Source of the DNA: Vicugna vicugna
Lineage: Eukaryota
NCBI GenBank assembly: GCA_013265495.1
Contig: MU058531.1
Location: forward strand, 1,860,911-1,924,910
Length of the DNA: 64,000 nt
Reading direction: 5' to 3'
The stretch's first letter is position 1. Every line of letters begins with the position of its first letter. The position numbers and the translations under genes are program-made. The notes under the pieces were generated by a model. It did not search any database, was not told where the DNA came from, and was given only the letters and a program-made list of their open reading frames with translations. Positions 38,783-51,206 of the stretch are shown here, one piece after another.

Positions 38783-40830
38783 GGCACAAGAGCAGACATA
38801 TGAATCAATGAAACAGAATAGAGAGCTCAGAGATAAACCTACAGACCTATGGTCAATCAATCTTCAACAAAAGAGGCAAGAATATACAACGGAGAAAAGA
38901 CAATCCCTTCAGCAAGTGGTGTTGGGAAAGCTGGACAGCAGCATGTAAATCAGTGAAGTTAGAACACTCTCACACACCATATACGAAAATAAACTCGAAA
39001 TGGCTTAAAGACTTAAACATGAGACATGAAACCATAAAACTCCTAGAAGAGAACATAGGCAAAACATTCTCTGACATAAATCACAGTAATGTTTTCTTAG
39101 GCCAGTCTCCCAAGGCAAAAGAAATATAAGCAAAAATAGACAACTGGGACATAATCAAATTTACAAGCTTTTGCACAGCAAAGGAAACCATAAACAAAAC
39201 AAAAAGACAATCTACAGAATGGAGGAAATATTTGCAAACTATGCAACAAAGGCTTAATTTCTAAAATGTACAAACAGTTCATACAGCTCAATAACAAAAA
39301 GAAAAAAAAAACAATCAAAAAATAGGCAGAAGACCTAAATAGACATTTCTCCAAAGACACTCAAGATGGCCAACAGGCACATGAAAAGATGCTCAGCATC
39401 ACTAATTATTAAAGAAATGCAAATCAAAACTAAACAAGAAGGTATCACTTCACACCAGTCAGAATGGCCATCATCAAGAAGTCTACAAATAATAAATTCT
39501 GGAGAGAGTGTAAAGAACAAGGAACTCTCCTACACTGTTAGTGGGAATGTAAATTGGTGCAGCTACTATGGAGGACAGTATGGAGGTTCCTTAAGAAACT
39601 AAAAATTGACTTACCATATGATCCAGCAGTCCCATTCCTGAGTATATATCTGGATGGAACTCTAATTCAAAAAGATACATGTACCCCAATGTTCACAGCA
39701 GCACTACACACAATAGCCAAGACATGGAAGCAACCTAAATGTCCATCAACATGACCGGATAAAAAAGTTGTGGTATATGTGTACAATGGAATACTACTCA
39801 GTCATAAAAAGAATAAAATAATGCCATTTGCAGCACCATGGATGGACCTAGAGTTCGACACTCTAAGTGAAGCCAGAAAGAGAAAGTAAAATCCATATGA
39901 TATCACTCATATGTGGAATCTAATAAAAAAAATGGATACTATAAACTCATCTACAAAATAGAAACAGACTCGCAGACATAGTAAACAATCTTATGGTTAC
40001 CAGGGGAAGGAGATGGGAAGGGATAAATTTGGGAGTTTGAAATCTGCAAATGTGAGCTACTGTACATGAAAAGATTAAAAGAAAAAAAAACAAGTTTCTT
40101 CTGTATAGCACAGGAAACTATGTTCGGTATCTGTAATAACCTTTAATGAAAAAGAATATGAAAACAAATATACGTATGCATATGCATGACCAGGACCCTG
40201 TGCTGTATACCAGAAATTGACACATTATAACTGACTGTACTTCAAAAAAAAAAAAGAAGATACACGTACCCCAATGTTCATAGCGGCACTATTTACAATA
40301 GCCAACACATGAAGGCAACCTAAATGTCCACTGACAGATGAATGGATAAAGATGTGGGGGATATATATATAGATAGATACACACACACACAATGGAATAT
40401 TACTCAGCCATAAAAAACAATGAAATAATGCCATTTGTAAAACATGGATGGACCTAGAGATTATCATACTAAGTGAAATAAGTCAGACAAAAACAACATA
40501 TGGTATCACTTTTATGTGGAATCTTAAAAAATGATACAAATGAACTCATTTATAGAAACAGACACAGACATAGAAAACAAACCTATGCTTAACAAAAGGG
40601 AAGGTGGAGGAGTGATAAATTAGAAATCTGGGATTAACAGATACATATTACTATAAATAAAACAGATAAACAATAAGGATCTACTGTATAGCACAAGGAA
40701 ATATATTCAATATCCTGTATTTATCTACAATGGAAAAGAATCTGAAAAAGATACATGTAACTGATTCACTTTGCTATACATCTGAAAATAAAACAACACT
40801 GTAAACCAACTATACTTTAAAAAAAAAGAA
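38783..40830 (+). mobile_element. 5'-truncated L1 with two tandem 3' ends
   Basis: ORF2 C-terminus ([24 protein letters not shown]); poly(A) at 40244-40256; second 3' end at 40258-40830; TSD-like aacagaaaa(a)tg on both sides. Confidence 0.85.
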
Positions 40831-43169
40831 AATAACAGAAAATGAAACCAAAAATATTGAAAAAAGACTAATAAAATTGATTAACTTCTATCTAGCTAGG
40901 CTAACCAAAAGAAAAAAAGAGAAGGCATTAATTATTAACATCAAAAATGAAGGGGCCACCACTACTAAGCCCATGGATAGTAAAAGGATAATACAAGATT
41001 GTGAACAACTCAGTGCCCACAAGTTTGAATATTTACATGAAACAGACCAATTTCTTAAGAAGTACAATCTCCCAAAACTCACACAAGGAAAAATAGATAC
41101 TCTGAATAGGCCCATGTCTATTAAAGAGACTGAATCAATCACGAATAACTTTCTAAAACAGAAAGCACCAGACCCAGATGGTTTCACCAATGAATTTTAC
41201 CGAACACTGAAGGAAGAAATGATACCCATCCCCTACAATGTCTTTCAGAAAACAGAAGCAGAAGGGAACATATTCCAATTCATTCTGTGAGGACAGCATT
41301 ACTCTAATACCAAACCAGACAAAGGCATTACAGGAAAGGAAAACTACAGACCAGTATCTCTCATTAACACAGATATAAAAATCCTCAACAAAATATTAAC
41401 AAATCAAATTCAACAATGTACAAACAGAATCATATACATCATGGCCAAGTGGGGTTTATTTCAAGTATAAAATAGTCAAAAATGGTTCAATAGTCAAAAA
41501 TCCAGGAATATAATCCATTACATCAACAGGCTAAAGAAGTAAATCATATGATCACCTACATCTGGAAAGGCATCTGACAAAACCCAACACCGATTCATCA
41601 CAAAAACCAGCAATAGGAATAGAGGGGAACTTCAACCTGAGAAAGAACAACTACAAAAAACCTACAGCTAACATCTTACTTAAGGCCAGTAATCTAGATG
41701 CTTCCCCCTAAGATTGGAAACAAGGCACAGATGTCTCTTCTCACCACACCTGTTCAGTATTATACTGGGAGTCCTAGCTAATACAGTAAGGAAATAAAAG
41801 GATACAGATTGGAAAGGAAGACATCTAATGGTCTTCGTTTGCAGATGACATAGGATTGTCTATGTCAAAATCTCAAAGAATGGACAAAACAAACACAGCA
41901 CCCTTGGAATTTGTAAGAGATCATATAGCAGGCTGTAGGCTATAAGAGGTAAAAAATAAGGAGTTCATTGCTTTCCTATATATCAATATTAGCAACCAGA
42001 AATAAAAGGTTTAGCTATAAATCTAAACAATATGTGCAAGATTTATTTGAGGAAAACTATAAATTCTAATGAAAGAAATAAAAGTAATAATAAATGGAGA
42101 GATTTCATATCCATGGATAAGAACACTCAATATTGTTAAGACGTCAGTTCCACCCCAGCTGATCTTTAGATTCAATCCCTATCCAAATCCCAGCAAATTA
42201 TTTTATGGATATTGACAAACTGATTCTAAAGTTTGTATATAAAAGGAAAAAACCTACAATAGCCAACACGACACTGAAAAAGAACAAAGTTGTGTGAACT
42301 ACCTGACTTCAAGACAATACAAACCTACAGTACTCAAGATGGCATGATACTGGCAAAAGAACAGACAAACAGATCAATGGAATAGAATCTAGAGCCCAGA
42401 AATAGACCCTCACAAATATAGTCAACTGACCTTTGACAAAGGAGCAAAGGCAAAATACAATGGAGAAAAGACGGTCTTCTCAATCAATGCTGCTGGAATA
42501 ACTGGACATCCACATGCAAAAAAAAAAAGTGAATCTAGACACAGACTTCAACACCTTTCACAAAAACGAACTCAAAGTAAATTATAGACCTAAATGTTGA
42601 ATGCAAAACTATAAAACTTCTAGAAGATAACACAGAAAAAAAATCTAAATGATGCTGGGTTTGGCAATGATACAACATGAAAAGCATGGTCCATGAAAGA
42701 CAAAAGCTAAGTTGTACTTCATTAAAATTTAAAGCTTCTGCTTTGTGAACGGCACTGCTAAGAGAATGAAAAGAACAGTCATAGATGGGGAGAAAATATC
42801 TGTAAAACATATAAAGGACTTGTATCCAACATATACAAAGAAATCTTAAAACTCAACAAGAAGGAAAACAACCAATGTAAAAAATGCGCTAAAAAACTCA
42901 ACAGACTTCTTACCTTCAATAATGCAGAGGGCAAACACGCACACACAAAAAAGCGACATCATATATCATTAATCATATATCATTATGAAATTGCAAATTA
43001 GAACAATGAGATGCCAATACACCTTTTAGAATGGTTAAAATCCAAAATGCTGACGACACCAAATGCTGACAAGAATGTAGAGCAATAGGAACTCATTTCT
43101 GGTGGGAATGCAAAATGGTATAGGCAGTTAGAAGACAGCTTGGCAGTCTCTTACGCAGCTGAACACAAG

Positions 43170-43926
43170 GGTGGGAATGTAACTTGGTGCAGCCACTATG
43201 GAAAACAGTATGGAGATGCCTTAAAAAAACTAAAAACAGAGTTACCATGTGATCCAGCAATCCCATTCCTGGGCATATATCCATAGAATATTCTAATTCA
43301 AAAAGATACATACACCCCAATTTTCAGAGGAGCACTATTTGCAGTAGCCAAGACATGGAAACAATCTAAATATCCATTGGCAGAAGAGCAGATAAAGAAG
43401 ATGTGGTATATATACAATGGAATACTACTCAGCCATAAAAAGAATGGAATAATGCCAAAAAAAGAACTGTGATTGAAAAAAACCAGTCCCAAAAGGTTAT
43501 ATACTGTATGTTTCCTAGAGATTATCATACTAAATGAAGTCAGATAGAGAAAAAGACAAATATCGTATGATATCACTTAATGAGGAATCTAAAAAAATGA
43601 CACGAACTTATTTACAAAATAGAAACATACTCATAGACATAGAAAACAAACTTATGGTTACCAAAGGGGAAAGGGGGGAAGGATAAATTAGACGTTTGGG
43701 ATTAACACATACAAACTACTATACATAAAATAGGTAAACCACAAGGTCCTACTATATATAGCACAGGAAACTATATTCAATAGCTAGTAATAACCTATAA
43801 TGAAAAAGAATATGAAAAAGGATATATATATAATATGTATAACTGAATCACTATGCTGTACACCAGAAACAAAACATTGTAAATCAACTGTAATTTTTTT
43901 TTTAAGGGGTACAGGAAAAAAAGAAA
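43170..43926 (+). mobile_element. Artiodactyl-type L1 3' fragment inserted in the host L1
   Basis: TSD-like gctgaacacaag/gctaaacataag; typical 3'UTR. Confidence 0.82.
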
Positions 43927-44634
43927 GCTAAACATAAGTTTACCATATGATCCAGCAATCATGCTCACAGAAATTTACCCAAATGAGCTGAAACTTATGT
44001 CCACACCAAAACCTACACATGGATGTTTATAGCAGCTTTCTTCATAACTGCCAAAATGGGAAGCAACCAACATATCCTTCAAAAGTAAATGGGTAAACAA
44101 ACTGTGGTCCATCCACACAATGGAATATTATTCAGCACTAAAAAGAAATGAGCTGTGAGGCCATGCGAAGACATGGAGGAACTTAAACGCATATTGCTTA
44201 GTGAAAGAAGCCAGTCTGAAAAGGCTACATATTGTATGACTCCAACTATGTGACATTTTGCAAAAAGCTCAAAACTATACACAGATAGTAAAAAGAACAG
44301 TGGTAGCCAGGAGGAAGGGGGAGGGATGAATAGCTGGAGCACATGGGATTTTTAGGGCAGTGAAAGGCTTCTGTGCAATACTGTCATGGTGGATATACAA
44401 CATTATGCATTTGTCAAAACCCATGGAAATGTACAATGCAAAGAATAAACCCTAATGTAAACTATGGACTTTAGTTAATAATTTATCAATATTGGTTGAT
44501 CAATTATAACAAATGTACCACACTAGTGCAAGATGTTCACAGGGGAAACTTGTGGGGAGAGGACTGAAGGGAGCGCATGGGAACTTTGTACTATCTGATC
44601 AAATAAAATGACTAAAAAAGTCACCTGATTAAAA

Positions 44635-45520
44635 AACCCAAACCAAGTAGAAAGTGCGCAAATACAGACACACTTCACAGAAGAGGATACGTGTACATGA
44701 AAAAATGTTCAACGTTATTAGCCATTAGCGAAATGCAATTTAAAACCACAATGAGACACTACCGCACACCGATCAGAATGGCTAAGCTCAAAAGTAGTGA
44801 CAAAACCAAACGCTGGAGAGGATACAGAGAACATGGTTCCGCGTATATTTTGGCTGATATGTAAAAAGGTACACCCACTCTAGAAAATAGCTTGGTAATT
44901 CCTTTAAAAACTAAACATGAAACTATCATATGACCCTGTAATTGCACTCCTAGGCATTGACCCCAGAGAAAATGAAGATAGGTTCACACAAAAACCTGTG
45001 CACGAATGCTGACAGCAGCTTTATTTTAAATGGCTCCAGGCTAGAAACAATCCAGATTACTTGTCCTTCAGTAAGTGGTTAAACGAACCATGGTGCATCC
45101 ATGCCATAGAATTGCACTTGACAAACAAAAGGAACAAATTATTAATACAGACAATGACCAAGACGAATCTCTAGAGAACTGTGATTGAAGAAAAACCAGC
45201 CCCAAAAGGTTATATACTGTATGGTTCCATTTATATACCATTCTTGAAATGAGAAAGAGAAATGGAGAACAGATGAGTCATGACCACACTTAGCGGGGTG
45301 GGAGAGGGAGGAAGGCGGGTGGCACAAGTGTTCCTTATGATGATGGAACTGCTTTTCCTTTTGTCTGTATCAATGTCAGTATTCTGGGTATAATATTTAA
45401 TACAATCTTCCAAGTTGCTAGGGGGACATTGGGTAAAGAATACACGGTCTCTCTGTCTTAATTCTTACAACAGTATTTGAATCTAAAAGTATCGAAAAAT
45501 AGGAAAGGTTTAATGTTAAA
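44635..45520 (+). mobile_element. L1MD-like 3' end
   Basis: ORF2-end and 3'UTR motifs (tatgaccctgtaattgcactcctagg; aaaggttatatactgtatggttccatt). Confidence 0.75.
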
Positions 45521-45984
45521 AAATCAGACCATAATGTGGAAGTGGGGCCAACAGATCACAGATGTTAAGACTTCACACACGCCAGTCAGCCCATTTACCG
45601 TGAGAGTAACTGGCTCTCAGTGTCGATGCTCAGCCACCAACTGCAGAGATTAATGGATGCAGGTTTTTTCTTTTAACTCTTATTGCTCTATTCCACCTCT
45701 CCTCCCAAACTGACTAAAACGAAACAAAACAATAAATCCTCTTGGATGTTGCTAGGCTTAAGGAAGAGCTGAAAGGAGCCTGGAGATGGGAGGGGAAAGG
45801 TGGGGAGCAGGGAAACTGAGGTTTGGGTGATTAGGAAAGCAGGCCAGTATGGATGGGTGCCTGGTAGCAATGACAGCCCAAAAAGCAACCTGGTTCAGGA
45901 ACACGAGAACGAACTACATACATGGAGGTTGCCTGGAAAGAACCGCATTTGTGCCAAGCATCAGCATTTACCTTTCACAGAGCC

Positions 45985-46625
45985 TGTTTTTTGTTTTAAC
46001 ATCTCACTGGTACCCAAAGAAGTGCACAGATCTCAGTGTATTACTCAGTGAATTTTCACAAATTGCACACATCTTGTATACAGCACCCAGATCAAGAAAA
46101 TCACCAGCAGCCACCTCCATGCCCCCTTTCAGTCACTCCTTCCCCGTTTTAGAAGTAGAATCATACATTATATACATATTCTTTGTGTCTGGCTTATTCG
46201 ACCAATATTAAGTTTGTGAGATCCTTCTGTAATATGACATATATCAGTGGATCTTCCTTCTTGCATTGTTACACACTATTCCATCTGTGGATCTACTACA
46301 GTATACTCATTCTAACGTTGCAGGGCATTGGGAGAGCGTCCAGATAGGGGCTGCAGGAACAGTCCTGCTGGGATGGTTCCTGTATGTGTCTTTTGGGAAC
46401 ACACTACCCATCCCTGTCGGGCTTATGCCTAAACGTGAAAAGGCAGAATCACAGGCTATACACATTCAGCCCTTGTAAACAGGTTTCCAATATTGCTGCA
46501 CCACTTCACACCTCTACCAGTACTTACCTAGAGATTCCTCCGAATGCTCTGTATTTCTGGTCTTTTAGAAGTTGGTCCTTCTGGTGGGCATGCATTAGAA
46601 CTGTGTTTTGGTTTTAATGAGTAAT
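45985..46625 (-). mobile_element. Old L1ME-like 3' fragment
   Basis: Degenerate reverse L1 3' motifs. Confidence 0.6.
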
Positions 46626-47439
46626 GAAATTGAGCAGAAGGGCCCTTTTGAAGGGAGACGCCAGGCACACAAGAGAACTCCTCACCTTAGGGACCAGAAC
46701 TCGCCCAAGGAATCTTTCTTCCAAAGAGAATCTCACCTGGTTCAGGTCTGCGCTGAAGACGGCAGATTGGAATGTTTCCCTTATACTTAACAGTTCCGCT
46801 CAAACCATCTTAACCAAAGACTTGACCAGTAACAGCAAAGAAGATGCCACGACTTGGGCTGACCTTTACAGGGCCAGAATTAAATACTGAGGTGAAGGTA
46901 CACCAGTTACAGCCAAGTTCTTTGTCTAAACACAAACAATGCCCACACTTGGAGTTTCATTCCCTTCATACATACTACATGATGAGACAGAATACAGCAA
47001 CTTCTAGTTATCTGTTCCACTGACAGTGTCATTCCAGCCATTTTACCTGTGGGGACCCTTCAGACCCCCAGCGTTGATACGAAGATGATTTTAAACAGAA
47101 GATATTTGAAATTCAATAGATGCAAAAAAAGCTTTTTCAAAGCTTCCCTTTTCATCTGAATAAAGGCAGAAATTCTGAGAACAAGGCTGTCTGTAATCAA
47201 CGGCCTCTTGCATAAAGTTTCACTGGCCAGAAAGAACGCAGAGAAAATTTTTGTTGCAAGCGTTCTCACAAACTTTCTTATCTCCCATTTGTTCCCCTAA
47301 AAACCCACTGTCTTTCTTAAATCTAGAATACTGAATCACTATGTTTTACACCTGAAACTAATATAAGTCAACCATGCTTCAGTTTAACTTTGTTTAACTG
47401 AAAAACTACTGCATTGGAAAGTTGATTTTAAAAAAAGAA

Positions 47440-47656
47440 ATCATTTGATCTTCCCATAGAAATCCTTTTCTCCCGCGTCCTTTCCCCTATTAAATTAGGT
47501 TATAAACCCCTATCTCTAATTATGTAGGGAGCCACTTCTGTGCAGTTCATGTGCATATGAGCAAGCTTGTCCTTTCTCCCCTCAATCTGTCTTTTGCCAC
47601 ACAGGCTTCTAATCACTGAGCCTAGACTGGCAGAGGAAAGTTTTTCTTCCCAACAA
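47440..47656 (+). mobile_element. ERV LTR fragment (R/U5-like)
   Basis: TATA-like element, aatctgtcttttg and terminal tttttcttcccaaca. Confidence 0.5.
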
Positions 47657-47899
47657 TCCTGTGAATAGCAGTAGGACCCCTCAGTTTGGACTCCCCTCAT
47701 CTCATTAGCAATCATTTAACTATTTAGTACAGCTGTTCTAGTTAAAATGTATGATTTGTAAGTCTTTCAATCTAAGAGCGTCCAAGTGACCCAGGTGCCA
47801 AGAGTTTGGTGAAAACCCACCCAAGTACAGTTTTTAAGCTAAGTGTTCATCAGTGTTTGGGGGTGACGAGTTTTCCTTCTTTAAAGCAAGTATCTTAGA

Positions 47900-48900
47900 C
47901 ATGACCGCAGCCTTCTCAGGGTCTGTCCCGCACATCCCCTCGGCGGGGGCCTGGCGTCCGGCAAGGGGGCTGCTTCAGGACCGCTGCTTCCAACCTCAAG
48001 CCCCGGGAACGCCAGGACTCCCGCAGGTTACCCCGAGAAATAACAAGCTACTCGCCACGAAGGCCCCATTCACTTACCTACTCCCCCTCCACCCGAAGAG
48101 CTAGGATCCCGGAACCCTTCTTTTTGCTAGGGGACAAATGAACAAGATTCCATTTGTTGCTCAGTGCATGGTACACTTTAAGAAAATCAAATGTAACAGG
48201 GACCTGAAACATGGTATTCCTCTTCCCTTTTCGGAGGGGGCTGCACCAGGGGCAGATACAGAGCTCCAAACGGTCAAGGCCATCCGGCGACACGACTGCG
48301 CTGAGCCCCGGGCCTCCCGCAGGAGCCTCAGGCCTCCGGGCCCCGCTCCTCTCTCGGGAGGCGGGTGCTGAAGCAGCCGGGCCCGGAGCCCGGGAGGCGG
48401 CGGGGTGGGCGCGCGCACCGCCCGGGGTTAGCTTACCTGCAGGCCGCCGCTACGCGTCAGGACCCCCCGGGGGAGGAGCGGATTGGAACCGGATATGGGG
48501 TCCGGCGGCGGGAAGGGGCGCACTATGCGAGGAGCGAAGAAGGTCCGCGAGAGGACCCCGGCCGCCCCCGCCGCCCCTTGGTCCCGCGGGAGCTGCCCCG
48601 CCCGCTCCTGCGCTGCGCCGGCCACGCCCCCTCGGGCGCCCGCAGGCTCCCGGGCCCGAAAACACCTGCGCCAGGCCCCACCCCCCACCCAAGAACTCCA
48701 GCTGGGGGTCGGGCGCCCGCACCTGCAGTTTTAAAAAGCTCTCCGGGAATTCTTTTGTGCGGCCACTGTGATCTGTTTTCTAAAAGGATTGGAGTTAGGG
48801 CTTACGAGAGAGCTTCCAGCATATCCAAAGTTGCTGCGGAATTATAAAAGGACCCATCTTCAGAGATGAGAGCCCTGAGAGCCTAGCGTAGAAGATAAAA
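47900..48900. promoter_or_regulatory. Intergenic CpG island with promoter-like motifs
   Basis: Very GC- and CpG-rich; GC/KLF boxes (48596-48631), reverse CCAAT (48482-48486), TATAAAAG (48843-48850). Confidence 0.85.
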
Positions 48901-49261
48901 CGAAAGGGGGCGTACTTACGTTTTCATTGCCTTCTTTTGGTTTTGATTTTGAAAATTGGTTTCATGTGGCAAGTGCAGGTGTGAACACCCATCTGCACCT
49001 TAAAACCTTGCATACACACTCACGTTGTGTCAACAAACACCTTCCTGTTTCAAATACACTCGTGTTTTTTTTTTTAGTGTTGTCGGTGTCAAAGAAAGGT
49101 GGATTTTGTTGTATTTAATCTGCTGTAAAGAAATCTGTCTCCCCTCCCCCCAAAAGCTTATCAAGCAAATGGGAGTGTGCAACCGCTCCCAGACGCAATC
49201 CAGGTACTCCGAGATACTTCTTGGCAAAGGATGACAAGTGTCAGTACTTCATACAACTAGA

Positions 49262-49267
49262 TTTAAT
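49262..49267 (-). terminator. CPEB3 distal polyadenylation signal ATTAAA
   Basis: tttaat on the + strand at the end of a second AT-rich UTR-like block. Confidence 0.55.
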
Positions 49268-50913
49268 AAGTTGTTATTACAGAAAAAAAAATGAAGTCCA
49301 AACTACAAAGTTTAAGCAGTTGTAAGCAATAGCTGCATTGAGCTCCATGGTTAGTCACAGTACTGCAGTTCCACACAAGCAATGTCAGTCCAAGCCCCGC
49401 AGGCGGAAGCTGAGTAAGGGTTACTAGCAAAAACAATCCAAGAGAACAGGTAATAAAAGATACAATACATTTAAAATTAGTTGTTAGTTGAAAAACAAAT
49501 ACAGAGATCTTAGCTGTGAACACTCTAAAAGTTACGTCCATTATTTTGACAGCAAAAATACAAATTACCTAATACTTTATACCCCAACAAAACTGTATCC
49601 AGAAAAGAAAAAGAGCAGAAGTTGTCCTGTATTAGCACCCAGGTTTTCTACTTGTGATGAACTTCATCGTCTTACAAATTTGAACACCCCGAATCACATA
49701 TCCGTTTCTTGACCCATTTTGGGGTATAAAGTCAACAGCATTAATTATAAAATACTTTGTGGTAAAATGGAACACTATTGCAGCTGAGATAGAGAAGTTT
49801 GGTTATTATAAAAAAAAAACAAACAGAAAATGTTAGCTGACATACCATACAAACTGGTGAAAAAGCAACAATCCATACAAATAAGCCAGTTTTAACAAAA
49901 AGATGCTTTTTTTTTTCACTAATCTGTGACTAATCTTTCACTCAAACCTTGCAAGTAGAGATGTCACAATACTCAAATATTTAGGTAGGAGCTTTACCCA
50001 GTTAAATGCCATTTTGTTGCTAATATAATAGATAAAATGAAAACTAGCAGTTATTTGCTAATTGCATAAATGCAGTACATTCTGCATTAGCCCATGCCTC
50101 ACTAACAAGCTATAAAACACAAGATATAGGCAGAAATCTAAGCATAATCTTTATACCACTAAGCAAAAATTTCCCAATTTCTTTTCTTCTGTTCCTAATC
50201 ACTTATTTGTAGTTAATGTAAAATTCCAACCAGTAGTACCCAATTTGAGTTAAAATTTTACATCACAACTTGATCTAATCTATATATTATTTACAAAACT
50301 GAATACATAGAGCATACCCAAGAGCCAACTCTGGACACGTGTTTCTCCGAGTCATTGATAACCTGGGCTCCGTGGTAGGAGGCGTGGAAGAGGCCATCAA
50401 GGACTGGGAAAAACACACCGTCTGTCGAGAGCCAGTCATTGGATGTTCTGTTTACGCAACACCAGTTTTGCAGTTTGTGTTTTTTGTTTAATTTTAGGTG
50501 CCATGACAGTGACACGCTGCCTTAACAGCGCAGCTTCAAGGTGAGCTTGGGTGTTGGAAAAGAAGCAGGAGGGCAGACAGATCATGCTTGGAGTGGCCAG
50601 ATGTGCCGCCACAATAAGGGACAAACAAGGGGCATAGGGAGCAGGCGGGGGGAGGGGGTTGGGAGGTGGTGGAGGAAGACGAAGTCTGAGGCTGTCTGTG
50701 TACAGTGGTGATGTCCGAGTGTGCCTCACCCGGCCACCCCACACCACACAGGGAGGTCACTCGGGTGGGACACACCATCCAAGTCTACCCAGAGGGCGGG
50801 TCCGCTCAGTGACTTCCTTTCACTCTCAGATGTCACCACTGTAAATGCAGGGAAAAGATTCAGCCTGGGTGAAAGGCACTGCCTCTCACATGGACAGCAG
50901 TTGGTGGCAGATT

Positions 50914-50952
50914 CACACACACACACACACCACACACACACACACACACACA
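50914..50952. repeat. (CA)n microsatellite, read as (UG)n in the extended CPEB3 3'UTR
   Basis: Directly visible, with one interruption. Confidence 0.95.
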
Positions 50953-51200
50953 CGACATAATGAAGAGTTAGAGGGGAAAGCAATGAACCACTCTGTCGAC
51001 CTGGCCAGGTTCTCAGCCTGGTGGTACCTCGTAAGGGGTGACTTCATCGTCAGAGCCACAGATCTGGCTGCACTGGTGTTGTATAAATCCACTGTGACAT
51101 CCCTAGAGAGCTGTACTGTGACATCCCTAGTCTTACACTAAGCCACTGCAATAAAGGAAAAGGCTTGTCAGAATCTCACATGTTCTGCTCATTCTGTCAT

Positions 51201-51206
51201 TTTATT
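51201..51206 (-). terminator. CPEB3 proximal polyadenylation signal AATAAA
   Basis: tttatt on the + strand at the edge of the most AT-rich UTR block. Confidence 0.65.

Larger units (their letters stand above)
32445..44630 (+). mobile_element. Long old L1 (L1MC/MD-like) running ORF1, ORF2, 3'UTR in order; host of nested insertions
   Basis: Host pieces at about 32445-32542, 32931-34310, 35050-35175, 37950-38782, 40835-43169 and 43927-44630; ORF2 peptide APDPDGFTNEFY (40877..41290). Confidence 0.8.

Noticed and set aside
28948..44630. Active full-length L1
   Set aside because: All ORF1 and ORF2 pieces are truncated, frameshifted or contain stops, and the RT motif at 30363 is mutated.
48138..48847. 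Overlapping Pro/Gly/Arg-rich ORFs in the CpG island
   Set aside because: Expected from stop-codon scarcity in GC-rich DNA; open in several frames with no recognisable domain.
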